Below the pieces are notes generated by a model that was not told the DNA's origin, did no database searches, and saw only the letters and a list, made by a program, of their open reading frames with translations. Of a DNA stretch of 61,010 nt, positions 10,576-22,375 are shown one piece after another; positions within the stretch are counted from its first letter, which is position 1, and every line of letters begins with the position of its first letter. The DNA lies in assembly GCA_032718475.1 (NCBI GenBank), contig JAUCBJ010006562.1:1-61010 (forward strand). The letters are read 5' to 3'. The DNA is from Nemertoderma westbladi. Taxonomy: Eukaryota > Animalia > Xenacoelomorpha. Both the position numbers and the translations under genes were made by a program.

Positions 10576-11876
10576 GCGGTTGTAGGCTATAAAAGTACAG
10601 TACACCAGTAAGTTGTTTATAAGATTTTATTATTATTCCACGTGTACGCAAGATACTTTCCGTTATATTTAAGTGCAGTTCTGGAATCCTGTAAATGATG
10701 TTGATAGATAATAAGCTATTCATTCAGTGTGTATACGACTCCAGACAACCACTGTCGATAACGACAAATATGAAACTGTAACCTGTAATCATAGCGCTCG
10801 TTTATTGTTTTGGGATGAATAACATGCCACTGTAAACCCGTTCCTTTCCCATAATTAACATTAATTGCCGTTTATAATGGTTTTCGTCTCGTCGGTTGTC
10901 TGTTATCGGCCTTTACATCCATCCATTCGCTGCGGTGAAACTGAAAGTATTTTCTTATGGTTCCAAACGAAAGTTAAAAAGGGTAACAGCAGTATAACTA
11001 AGTTTGTAGTGACTACAGTAGTATTGGACATCGCTTACAGTACTCGTAAATAGGTCACAGAAAGACATAACTGCTCGGTACATTCAATTGACATTGTTCA
11101 TTCAATGTTTAAAGCGCCCAATTGTTTTACCGTAGAGGATTGCCATATACTGTACACTGGAAACATCTTACATAGTTATAGTATATGTTGTATACTGTAA
11201 CATCGATTGTTTATTATTATGCAAGTTGAATATAATAAGAAGAACCAGAGATAAACTTTGGCATTTGTTTTGTGCGCTAACACAGCATTTTAAATTTTTA
11301 GTTTATTCCGTGCAAATGCACCCTCCTTGGCCGTTCTCCGGTAGTATCTTAGTACTGTATTTTGTATGTTGCAGTATGAGTATTTAGGCCTCCTCCTTGG
11401 AGTTTGGAATGTTGATATCTAATGTTTTATTATGTACGAAGAAAATTAATCGCAATTATACTTTAATATTACAGCAGTTAAAAGTTAATAAAATTAATTA
11501 ATGCGGCTATCCAAACAATATAATAAGTAATGATTTATTTACTTTCGTATTTGAAAAGAGACCAAATTGGCCGCCACCAAACATATTACTACTGCAATTT
11601 ATTACAAATAAAATTGGCCTCCACCAAATATGTTTCTACTTTAATTGAACAGGATTGTTGTTAGTAATTCGTACGTACGCACATTGCATTTATGGTGCAA
11701 TGCCGGTTGTGATTCATACTGTAGAAAACTTTGAACTTCATCATATGTAACTAAAATTTTTTATGTGGTTAATTAATACACCTGCAACCAAAATGTATAC
11801 AGTACTGTAGTGCGTACAATAGCAACACAACTGTTCACTACACTACAGTAACACTATTGTTTCGGTATTGTTGAAT

Positions 11877-12221
11877 TCATGAATCCTGCATCATATCCCT
11901 AAACTCTTCCAAAGTAATAACTCCATCACCGTTTTTATCCCCATCGGAAATGGCATTCTTAGCTTGGGATCCGAAGTTCAACTCGAGATCCTCTTCGTCC
12001 AACATCCGGTCTTGTGATTCATCAAAAACCTTGAAAAGGTTTCTGACTTGGAGTGCTGAAACATCTCCTCTTCCGTCGTATTCCCGTATTTCTTCAAGAG
12101 TGAGTCCCCCACTGCTGTCCGCGTCAATAAAGATCATTCCGAGTTTCACTAATGCTTCTGCTGCAAATGGATTCATAAGGTAAGAACTCGGGAATACACT
12201 GCCGAACCGGTTGAAAAGTTC
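11877..12221 (-). CDS. Secreted four-EF-hand calcium-binding protein, exon 2
   Basis: Acceptor ttttag precedes 12221. The frame continues ELFNRFGSVFPSSYLMNPF...; EF loops DADSSGGLTLEE, DESQDRMLDEED and DKNGDGVITLEE; stop at 11877-11879. Confidence 0.85.
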   Translation of the reverse strand, partial: ELFNRFGSVFPSSYLMNPFAAEALVKLGMIFIDADSSGGLTLEEIREYDGRGDVSALQVRNLFKVFDESQDRMLDEEDLELNFGSQAKNAISDGDKNGDGVITLEEFRDMMQDS

Positions 12222-12310
12222 CTAAAACATATAATAGTTTCAAATTAGTTTGGTGTCATGGTGTGTCTTATTTAATCACAGGCCAACTGTAACATTTAAC
12301 ATTTTTTTAA

Positions 12311-13225
12311 CATTTATTTATTTCTTTCATAATACATCAATACATCAACATTTATAATAACTTTATAATTACTATAAATTTATACTATATTATTAATATC
12401 ACATAAATAATATTATTGTTGCAACTGCATCCGAGCAATAGCATTGCTAGTGTTGCTCGAGTGCTTAGCTGCTTGAAGTATTATGGAGGGAGGGGGGGGG
12501 GGGGGTGGTGATAGGGTGGGGGGGGTGGTCATAGGGTGGGGGGGGGGGGCGGGGGTTTGGGTTGTGAAGTACTCATGATTAGATTTAAATTAATTGTGAA
12601 GTAATATTTTTAGTTCGTTAGCAGTTCCATTCCAGTCTGCCACAGTACAATACGCTGCTGGGCACAAACTTTGGGAGATACTATGTTTGATTATTAGATT
12701 TTTAGTTATTAGTATTTTGGTGAATTTATTATAGAGCTAAGAGATGTTGTTTTAGTTTTTTTGTAAATAAACCTTTTGTTTTGCATTTTCGAATTTCCAG
12801 GGGTAGTTTATTCCAGACCATAGGACCTTGAAAACTCACGGATCGTTGTGAGGAGTCTAGTCTTACTGTATCAATGTAAAAGTCTCCACGAGCCGCTGAG
12901 CGTGTACTGTAACTATGTATGCTGGAGGATTTCCTAAATAAATTTTGCAGTGTATCGTTTTGTATTAAGTTGTTATTTATATTGTACATGAAGTTAGCTA
13001 CGTGGAACTTATATAGTGAATCTAGATGGAGTATTGATAGTGATTTGTAGATAGGGAGAGCTGAAGATCTATAGTGACTAAAGGTAATACACCTAACTAT
13101 TTAATTTATTTTAGTTTTCAAGGGATTTAGTGTAGTAGAATGCCCTATAGAACTACCCCATAGTATAATGCCGTAGTTAAGGTAGGGATGTATTAGCGTG
13201 AAATATAGTTGCCTAAGGATATGTT
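12311..13225 (-). mobile_element. 3' fragment of a CR1/L2-group (Crack-like) LINE inside the EF-hand gene intron
   Basis: Translation QLYFTLIHPYLNYGIILWG...(stop)...HSYSTR...SVSFQGPMVWNKLP..IR......F.KKLK..LL is the typical post-RT tail. The 3' UTR has G-runs on the + strand, a stem-loop (~12432-12459) and an AATAAAT-type end. Confidence 0.8.
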
Positions 13226-13789
13226 ATGTAGGCCTACTAATACTGTACAATTCCAGATATCTCTTATTAACAGCAAGGTCAACAATGTAGACGAGAAAGT
13301 AAATAAAGCATTATATTTACTGATTTTCTCACTATTTTGGGGTATATTAGAGGGGAAAGTAAGAATTTAAGAATAAAATTATAATTAAAGTGTTACCAAC
13401 CAATACGAAAAGAAAAAATATTAGATATAACATAAAAAATTACGTTTATTAATAATTTGAAATAATTTTATTCATGTTAGTCTAGAGCGTGATTAATACC
13501 AATTAAATAGTAATTTTTTCAAATCGTTCAAGTAGCCTACAGTAATTATTGCTACAGTACTAGGGTGTATATTATTAATTATTACTACAGTAGTTTAGTT
13601 TTAATTTCAAGAAATAATAATATATAAACTTTCACATTTTATAAAAATCTTGTGAATATACTGTACTTCTGTTGCAGAGCTAACGGTAAAGTAAATGTAC
13701 AGTAGCTATTATAATTTTATCACAGCACCATAGGGTTTAGCCGTAAACTACGTCCAGAGAATGTCCACTTAAGTTCCAGAAAATTTGTG

Positions 13790-13839
13790 GGGACGAAAAG
13801 TCCGGGACGAAAAGTCCGGGACGAAATGTCCGTATACCG
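13790..13839. repeat. 14-bp subrepeats (GGGACGAAAAGTCC)x3, a likely single end of a foldback/MULE-type transposon
   Basis: Three tandem units followed by GTATACCG. No partner arm seen. Confidence 0.5.
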
Positions 13840-13890
13840 TAATGTAATAAATACTTCATGATGAGTTTTTAACACACTAATCTAACTCAC

Positions 13891-14145
13891 TTTAAAGCGA
13901 AGTTCGTCGTCGCCATTGGTGTTTATCTCATTAAAATTCCTATGAATGCTCTCTAATTGCTCCTCTCGGCTCATATGGCGATCTGACCTTTTATGATAAA
14001 ACGATCGATAAAAATACTCAAGTGAATACTTAAGTATTTTCATTAAACTAATTTTCTCATGATCGCGAGCGCGATTGCGACGAGGGAGACCTTGAGAGAT
14101 TCCCACGACGACCATCAATGACAAGACGAAAAGAGCTAACTTCAT
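13891..14145 (-). CDS. Secreted four-EF-hand calcium-binding protein, exon 1 (signal peptide and most of EF-hand 1)
   Basis: aaaATG start; hydrophobic signal peptide MKLALFVLSLMVVVGISQG; exon ends ...NTNGDDELRFK at the donor gtgagt (13890). A phase-0 splice to 12221 completes the 12-residue EF loop with E, giving 199 aa in total. Confidence 0.85.
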
Positions 14146-14390
14146 TTTGGAGATTTGGAAGGTCGATATTTTTATTGAATTTTACACAAAAGCCCACCAA
14201 TGCTTACGCTTAAAATATTATAGATACTGTAATGTAAGAATTACAACACAAGGCAATAACGTAGACCTTGAAAATAGTGTTTAAAGTATGGGGACGAGTT
14301 GGGAAACGTCAAATAACATGGGCTCGGTGATAAATAACACGGTGATACATACAACTCTTACACACACTACAACAACAATAAAATGATTGT

Positions 14391-16953
14391 GGGGAGCTTC
14401 AGTGGAACTCGGGGGTGGGGTTGCTGTGTGGAGCTTCAGTGGAACTCGGGGGTGGGGTTGCTGAGTGGAGCTTCAGTGGAACTCGGGGGTGGGGTTGCTG
14501 TGTGGAGCTTCAGTGGAACTCGGGGGTGGGGTTGCTGAGTGGAGCTTCAGTGGAACTCGGGGGTGGGGTTGCTGAGTGGAGCTTCAGTGGAACTCGGGGG
14601 TGGGGTTGCTGAGTGGAGCTTCAGTGGAACTCGGGGGTGGGGTTGCTGAGTGGAGCTTCAGTGGAACTCGGGGGTGGGGTTGCTGTGTGGAGCTTCAGTG
14701 GAACTCGGGGGTGGGGTTGCTGTGTGGAGCTTCAGTGGAACTCGGGGGTGGGGTTGCTGTGTGGAGCTTCAGTGGAACTCGGGGGTGGGGTTGCTGTGTG
14801 GAGCTTCAGTGGAACTCGGGGGTGGGGTTGCTGAGTGGAGCTTCAGTGGAACTCGGGGGTGGGGTTGCAGTGTGGAGCTTCAGTGGAACTCGGGGGTGGG
14901 GTTGCTGTGTGGAGCTTCAGTGGAACTCGGGGGTGGGGTTGCTGTGTGGAGCTTCAGTGGAACTCGGGGGTGGGGTTGCTGTGTGGAGCTTCAGTGGAAC
15001 TCGGGGGTGGGGTTGCTGAGTGGAGCTTCAGTGGAACTCGGGGGTGGGGTTGCTGTGTGGAGCTTCAGTGGAACTCGGGGGTGGGGTTGCTGTGTGGAGC
15101 TTCAGTGGAACTCGGGGGTGGGGTTGCTGAGTGGAGCTTCAGTGGAACTCGGGGGTGGGGTTGCTGTGTGGAGCTTCAGTGGAACTCGGGGGTGGGGTTG
15201 CTGAGTGGAGCTTCAGTGGAACTCGGGGGTGGGGTTGCTGAGTGGAGCTTCAGTGGAACTCGGGGGTGGGGTTGCTGAGTGGAGCTTCAGTGGAACTCGG
15301 GGGTGGGGTTGCTGTGTGGAGCTTCAGTGGAACTCGGGGGTGGGGTTGCTGTGTGGAGCTTCAGTGGAACTCGGGGGTGGGGTTGCTGTGTGGAGCTTCA
15401 GTGGAACTCGGGGGTGGGGTTGCTGTGTGGAGCTTCAGTGGAACTCGGGGGTGGGGTTGCTGAGTGGAGCTTCAGTGGAACTCGGGGGTGGGGTTGCTGT
15501 GTGGAGCTTCAGTGGAACTCGGGGGTGGGGTTGCTGTGTGGAGCTTCAGTGGAACTCGGGGGTGGGGTTGCTGAGTGGAGCTTCAGTGGAACTCGGGGGT
15601 GGGGTTGCTGTGTGGAGCTTCAGTGGAACTCGGGGGTGGGGTTGCTGAGTGGAGCTTCAGTGGAACTCGGGGGTGGGGTTGCTGTGTGGAGCTTCAGTGG
15701 AACTCGGGGGTGGGGTTGCTGTGTGGAGCTTCAGTGGAACTCGGGGGTGGGGTTGCTGAGTGGAGCTTCAGTGGAACTCGGGGGTGGGGTTGCTGTGTGG
15801 AGCTTCAGTGGAACTCGGGGGTGGGGTTGCTGTGTGGAGCTTCAGTGGAACTCGGGGGTGGGGTTGCTGAGTGGAGCTTCAGTGGAACTCGGGGGTGGGG
15901 TTGCTGAGTGGAGCTTCAGTGGAACTCGGGGGTGGGGTTGCTGAGTGGAGCTTCAGTGGAACTCGGGGGTGGGGTTGCTGAGTGGAGCTTCAGTGGAACT
16001 CGGGGGTGGGGTTGCTGTGTGGAGCTTCAGTGGAACTCGGGGGTGGGGTTGCTGAGTGGAGCTTCAGTGGAACTCGGGGGTGGGGTTGCTGAGTGGAGCT
16101 TCAGTGGAACTCGGGGGTGGGGTTGCTGAGTGGAGCTTCAGTGGAACTCGGGGGTGGGGTTGCTGTGTGGAGCTTCAGTGGAACTCGGGGGTGGGGTTGC
16201 TGTGTGGAGCTTCACTGGAACTCGGGGGTGGGGTTGCTGTGTCAGTGTGTGGAGCTTCAGTGGAACTCGGGGGTGGGGTTGCTGAGTGGAGCTTCAGTGG
16301 AACTCGGGGGTGGGGTTGCTGTGTGGAGCTTCAGTGGAACTCGGGGGTGGGGTTGCTGTGTGGAGCTTCAGTGGAACTCGGGGGTGGGGTTGCTGAGTGG
16401 AGCTTCAGTGGAACTCGGGGGTGGGGTTGCTGTGTGGAGCTTCAGTGGAACTCGGGGGTGGGGTTGCTGAGTGGAGCTTCAGTGGAACTCGGGGGTGGGG
16501 TTGCTGTGTGGAGCTTCAGTGGAACTCGGGGGTGGGGTTGCTGTGTGGAGCTTCAGTGGAACTCAGGGGTGGGGTTGCTGTGTGGAGCTTCAGTGGAACT
16601 CGGGGGTGGGGTTGCTGTGTGGAGCTTCAGTGGAACTCGGGGGTGGGGTTGCTGAGTGGAGCTTCAGTGGAACTCGGGGGTGGGGTTGCTGTGTGGAGCT
16701 TCAGTGGAACTCGGGGGTGGGGTTGCTGAGTGGAGCTTCAGTGGAACTCGGGGGTGGGGTTGCTGTGTGGAGCTTCAGTGGAACTCGGGGGTGGGGTTGC
16801 TGTGTGGAGCTTCAGTGGAACTCAGGGGTGGGGTTGCTGTGTGGAGCTTCAGTGGAACTCGGGGGTGGGGTTGCTGTGTGGAGCTTCAGTGGAACTCGGG
16901 GGTGGGGTTGCTGAGTGGAGCTTCAGTGGAACTCGGGGGTGGGCGGGTTGCTG
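14391..16953. repeat. 37-bp G-rich minisatellite (GTGGAGCTTCAGTGGAACTCGGGGGTGGGGTTGCTG[T/A])n, about 69 copies
   Basis: Near-perfect tandem array with one main dimorphic position. Confidence 0.97.
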
Positions 16954-17119
16954 GGTGTTTGAAACGTTCATCATCTCTACAACTCTCACAAACGATATAT
17001 ACTGAAGCTTGTTATTCCGCAAAAAAAAAACGCTAGCACGGGAAACATACTAATACTGTAGCAGGAACACTACAGTAGTCGATAAGGATAAGCAATCATA
17101 TGAACCGATGGAGGTTCGG

Positions 17120-17160
17120 TGCAACCATGGCGACCTTAGTAAGGTCGCCATGGTTGCAAC
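17120..17160. repeat. Perfect 18-bp-arm palindrome (micro-element)
   Basis: TGCAACCATGGCGACCTT-AGT-AAGGTCGCCATGGTTGCA; TGCAAC also recurs directly at 17120-17125 and 17155-17160. Confidence 0.8.
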
Positions 17161-18442
17161 TCGAGACAAACGGAGAGGCAAGATGGTATCTCATGATACA
17201 GAACGCCACAGTATAGTATGGCAACACAGCAGACAGGGTTTAGAATAAGACAAGGTGTAGTACTGTATTAAACTAACAGGACAGCATAGCATGCCAGTAT
17301 TGATGTCACGACTTAGGCCTACTTTATACTCATGCATTGCACATAATATCGCAACCACACATTATAGTTCTCCTATCTTATGTGATCCGTTCTGTTCCTT
17401 CACACGTACGAGACCAGGAACTACAGTACAGTAGTGTAGTTAGGTTAGGGTAGCATTATTACCGTTATACTGTACGTTTAAACCAACGAAAAATTTTAAC
17501 TTCCATAGCGGATAGCTATGAGTTGCGTATCCCAAAAGAAATGTAACGTAACTGACTCTTCAGAAATATTTCACAAAATGTATTAAACTTCATTGCACAA
17601 ACATAATATTGTACCTTATATAATGTAACACTGGTATTCAATGCATCTGCGACTTTAATAATCGTCAACTTTTATTATTATTAGAAACAGTAAACGTTGC
17701 GCTTGTGTAGTAGTAGTACAGAGGGTATGGCTTGTGTTAGCATAGTTTTTATATTGAACTCAGCCGATATTGTAATAACACCAAGAAAAGTAATAACTGT
17801 TAGACGTCCATCTGTTTTTGACTTTTATTAATCAGTTTAACGAGTTTCATTGCATCTCACAAATCATTAACTGATACTGTACTTTTGATAGGAGATTGGG
17901 GGTTGAAAATTTCGTCTTGTTGAACCAACATTTTAAATAACTTTATGAACACAACGATAAGATAGGCAGGCCTACTCAAAAAGTAAATAAAATATTATTA
18001 ATTATTAAGGGACGGGGGTGTAGGTATCTAGAAATATATACAAGGTACTGCAGATTGAGACTATTGAGCATTTCGTAAATGATAAACCGTTAATTGCGAA
18101 CAAGCAGAAAACATGAAGGAAACGGATTTAATTCCGATGAATGTATAACGAATGAAGATCTACATATTTAAATACAACATTATGCAACAACAATAACAAA
18201 TACACCAAACAATGTACGTACTGTATATAGATATTGCCCAACAAAACATAAAGGCCCGGTTGCAAGAAAGACCAATAAACACATTTCAATACTATAAAAT
18301 CAAACAATTGATTTACTGCACCGAAATTACTGTAGTTGGAACTATTTAGTAAGAGATTCCCCACTACCTGTTGTTTACTATTAATTTGGGTGGCATGGAG
18401 GGAAATTTAAAACACCGAAGCAGGAATCCTGTTGACTGCCGC

Positions 18443-18612
18443 CTACTACTGTACTGTCCTAGGCAGCCCTGTACCGTCTACTACACTGGCCTAGGGCAGC
18501 CCAGTGGCGTCTACTACTGGCCTAGGCAGCCCAGTACCGTCTACTACACTGGCCTAGGGCAGCCCAGTGGCGTCTACTACTGGCCTAAGGCAGCCCAGTA
18601 CGTTTACTACTG
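18443..18612. repeat. ~30-bp tandem repeat with dimeric (~61 bp) alternation
   Basis: Alternating CTACTACTGGCCTAGGCAGCCCAGTACCGT and CTACTACACTGGCCTAGGGCAGCCCAGTGGCGT units. Confidence 0.85.
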
Positions 18613-19035
18613 GGGCGAGTACAAAACATAGCCATAGACCAAAGACTCAAGACCTGTACAAAACAAAGAGGTAAAGTCACGTTAGGTCCCAAAGAGCGTT
18701 AGGTCCCATTGCCATTTAAAGGAGCAAAAAAAGTAAATTTTTTTCGGCCGCTAGGCCAGGGATTACGCACAAAGTCTGACGACTTATTTTCAGTGTAATC
18801 CCCACAGAACTATACTCCCCAGAGGAAACTCCAGTAGGTACTCATTAGCTAACACTTAAGGATGCAAGGCAGAGATGCGTCCTATGGTGGGTCCCTTTAA
18901 AGCATTCGTGCCGAAACGAAAACTGCCTTCGCCCATATGTCGACACCACTAAACTAACAATAACCACAATAAACGAATGTTAACATATGTGTTTGTACAG
19001 GTATTGAGCCTTTGGTCTTTGTTTTGTAATCACAC
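18613..19035. mobile_element. MITE of the same family as 6370-6553, carrying a nested SINE-like insertion
   Basis: GACCAAAGACTCAAGACCTGTACAAA at the left pairs with TTTGTACAGGTATTGAGCCTTTGGTC at the right. The body matches 6370-6553 in reverse apart from the insert. Confidence 0.7.
18731..18952 (-). mobile_element. SINE-like element, copy 1
   Basis: 18731-18895 aligns with 28707-28877. The minus strand has GCCTTGCATCCTTAAGTG.TAGCTAA.TGAGTAC and a TTTAC-type tail; a possible degenerate tRNA head extends to ~18952. Confidence 0.65.
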
Positions 19036-19965
19036 ATTCCATCTCGGCGAATTAATATTTCGCCTCAAAGTTAAATTACCAATTAAGGAAACTTATAATG
19101 ACACGGTATCCAAACTAACTCACTAACTTAATCTGTAAAGTGCTGCTTGTAGCTTTGCTTCACTGTTTGTATGTACAGTAGCCCAATACCAGTGGAAAGG
19201 GGGAGTTACATTCCCACCATATAGTTAGCAATGAAGCTAAAAGTAGCTCAATACAGCAGGATATTAACGGATACATTACAAACTTATGTAAATTGCTACA
19301 ATATGCTAATGCTAGCTAGGTCTAATAACTTAAGTATAGGGGGCCCTACAAGTAAAATGAAGTTATCAGAGAACGTGAGCTTAAAACACCGGCATGAATA
19401 AGATGATGATTAATATAAATCTCAATATATATCATCAATAATATATATAACCTCAATATATATCTGCGCGCATTTGTTTCCCTCGCTAAATATGTTTGTG
19501 TACTGCATTGCGGCGCACCGAAGTAACCTGCATAATTTTGTAACATTGTTAACTTTCGTTTATTGTTTTGGTTGGCACAAGCACTGGCCTAGGGCAGCCC
19601 AGCACCCACCATCTTCCAGCCGAGCCCACACCTCCATTTGATGCGCCACCCGCGAACGCAACGTGAGGCGCCCCGGATAAGGGAAAACTGTCCCCGGCCC
19701 TGGTGGGTACTCCAGACCATGGCGACACTGTAGGGTCGCCCACAAATACTTCTCGGCGATTACTCGTAGGAGCTTGTTGGCCTGGGGCGCGAGTACCCCG
19801 TCTCGAACAACGCTTGAGTTTGCCTGTTGAAGGCCCCCCGAACCCCGATCGCAACTTAGGCCGCCTCCCCATCAACCCCTTGACCCTTCCGTTAAAATTT
19901 CATTAGGCAAATCGTCCAATTATTAATACCAGTTTAAAATAATAACATTAATGAGGTAAAAGTCC

Positions 19966-19971
19966 CACCCC

Positions 19972-20002
<31 letters not shown>

Positions 20003-20005
20003 ACA
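19966..20005. repeat. Poly-C run followed by a (CA)n microsatellite
   Basis: Direct reading. Confidence 0.9.
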
Positions 20006-20147
20006 AACACTCACACCCCTGTCTCAAATTTGAAGCATTAAGCCTCCTACTGTAACTCTGGTACTGTAAGAGTGTGTATCACGCACTCTGTTTAATTTTT
20101 GATTTAGGTAAAAATTAAGACACTATTACTAACCATTATACACCTTA

Positions 20148-20463
20148 AGCCCCGTTCACATCCAACGGTGCGTGAGCGGTAAAGTAGTCTGGCGGTATTG
20201 AAGCGGTAAGCCTGCGGTACTACCCGGAGCCCGTTCACACCCAACGGTACCGTTGCGGTAACTGATTGTCTATCTGTCTACTGTGAATTCAACAGGAAAT
20301 TTACATTAATTGTTTTAACATTGTTTAAATGGGCTGCGGTAAACCGCGCGGTTTAGCGCACAACTACCTGTTGGGTCGTTCACAGTCAGCGGTGTACCGC
20401 TGGCCCTGCGGTACACCGTACACTGCGGAACGGTCTACCGTTCCGTTGGATGTGAACGGGCCT
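20148..20463. mobile_element. PIF/Harbinger-type MITE
   Basis: TIR AGCCCCGTTCACATCCAACGG / CCGTTGGATGTGAACGGGCCT with a 3-bp TTA TSD (20145-20147 and 20464-20466). Internal TIR copy at ~20228 and many GCGGTA subrepeats. Confidence 0.88.
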
Positions 20464-21654
20464 TTACGCACATATGGCAGCATGGTTAAGGCGTAGCTGT
20501 CTAAAACATCATCTGCAGTTAGATGGTTCCTACTGTTTGTAGTCTTTTAATAAATATTACTCATTTGTTCTGAGAAACTTGTAGTTGGCCTAGTATGTTG
20601 ACTTTTTCATCCATTTAATTAATCTGATTTTATGCATGGGTTATTGTTCATCCACTTTGGATTTATTTTTATTTTATTTTATTTTATTTCGCTTATTTTA
20701 ATTTAATTGTCACTACCTTTTCAGCGATACAATCACTAAAGACATGTGTTAATAAACGAAATGGCAATATGATAAATATATTTAGATTAGTACTGTATCT
20801 ACCATTAAAACTACAACATAACTCGATTTTAAGTTTTAACGTATACGATCTTGTCGTGTAGGCTACTCTGGAGTGAGTTCACATTGTGAGTAGGCCTACA
20901 CATACTCTCGCACCACAACGAGCTAGACGAATTACAAAAGGTGAATTAGCGAATTACACATCCTGGACAGCTAGTTCAATCCCTTTGTGAATGCGGAGGT
21001 CTATTGCCGAACTCCTATCCTGATCTACCGTAGTGACTCCAGATAACAGAACAAACTTACCTATTGGACTGAGCGACTGAGCATTTAAACCACCTCACGA
21101 ATATGATCTGCTTTGATTCATACATGGTAACAACGTGGCACTGGCAATCCAGTAGACACAGAATTTATATTGCCACGTTGCATTTTTATGCGCTGGCTGT
21201 ATGGAAATTACTTGCGGCTGTTGTTTTGTGCCTGCAGCTCATCATGGTAACACTACGTCCTCAACAGCTGGTTTTTTTTTTATTAATATCTCACATCTCT
21301 CCAAACCACGTAGACGTAGGGCCTTCGCTTTTCGATTAGCCTCCTACTACTGTACATGTAATGTGACTTCCTAACAGGTCTGTATAATTTATAAATTATG
21401 TCCTACAAAACAGGACACAATCCCATCTACAGTTTAGGTGAATTAATATCTCGTCTTAATATTAACTTATCAATTAAGGGAGATAATCAGAGTGGCACGT
21501 TCTAACCAAAACAATACGATTTTTATCATTTAACACGACCTTTATTTAGCAGCATTACGTGCACATTTAAATATAGGCCTACAGTATTTCGGGACATTCC
21601 CCATATCTCAGAATCATGAGGCTATTTCTCCTCAAATTTTAACTGAAAAAAATA

Positions 21655-21714
21655 CAGACTTCCAACCTAGAGGTCCACCTTCGATCCCACCTGGACGTCA
21701 TTGCCGACTTTGCA
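21655..21714 (+). mobile_element. Fragment of the tRNA-like arm family seen at 9903-10181
   Basis: CAGACTTCCAACC..GAGGT....TTCGATCCCACCTGGACGTCATTGCCGACTTTGCA is nearly identical to both arms. Confidence 0.75.
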
Positions 21715-21744
21715 TATCTTATTCCCCATCACACGCACCTATGC

Positions 21745-21815
21745 CTTATAGGCAATTAGTTGATGTGCCTTATAGGCAATTAGTTGTTAATATAGTTAGT
21801 ATAGGCAATTAGTTG
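21745..21815. repeat. Three local copies of TATAGGCAATTAGTTG
   Basis: Direct repeats with short variable spacers. Confidence 0.75.
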
Positions 21816-22306
21816 ACGTTGTATATTCGACATTCGATGATTCGAATATGAAATAACAATTAAATTACAGTAAAACCAAAACAAACCGGGTCACAATAAA
21901 GAAGAATATAAAATAATAAATCAAACGACCATAATCAAACGACAATAAAGATAAAACATGTGGAGCAATGCATGACCTACTGCTACTATCTTTAGTAGGA
22001 CATGGTGGGGTTTAGGGGTTATAAATTATGTCGTTTGACGTTCGAGATTTAACAGATATAAAACGTAGAGAATAGCTTTGGAGGATCGTTTCGTTACATT
22101 TACTGACTATTCTGACATGCCTTCGGATGGTTTCCCACATTTTGAGGTGCAGCAAATCCAACAATTTCGAGGTGGAAATCATTCAAAACTATTTTGGTAG
22201 AGGCGCGGCGCCGAATACCAGTCAGAGGAACCAAGTGAACGTCGATCACGATGGTTTGGGATATGGTGGGGACTTATCACGTATACACGTACCTAATTTT
22301 TGTAGC

Positions 22307-22375
22307 GGAAGGACTAACACATATTTCGACATATACATTTAGATTTAGTGTCGAATATGTAGGTGTTAGTCCTTC
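22307..22375. repeat. Imperfect palindrome
   Basis: GAAGGACTAACAC..ATATTTCGACA pairs with TGTCGAATATG..GTGTTAGTCCTTC. Confidence 0.7.

Noticed and set aside
10180-11053. Short ORFs or possible exons between INTS14 and the EF-hand gene
   Set aside because: No recognisable protein in the frames examined and no consistent splice model.
14415-17036. Many overlapping ORFs (MELQWNSGVGLL...)
   Set aside because: They are translations of the 37-bp minisatellite, start at GTG and occur in all three frames.
19678-19708. RNase MRP RNA (GGGAAAACTGTCCCCGG resembles GAAAGTCCCCGG)
   Set aside because: There is an insertion in the conserved motif and no convincing CR-V partner.
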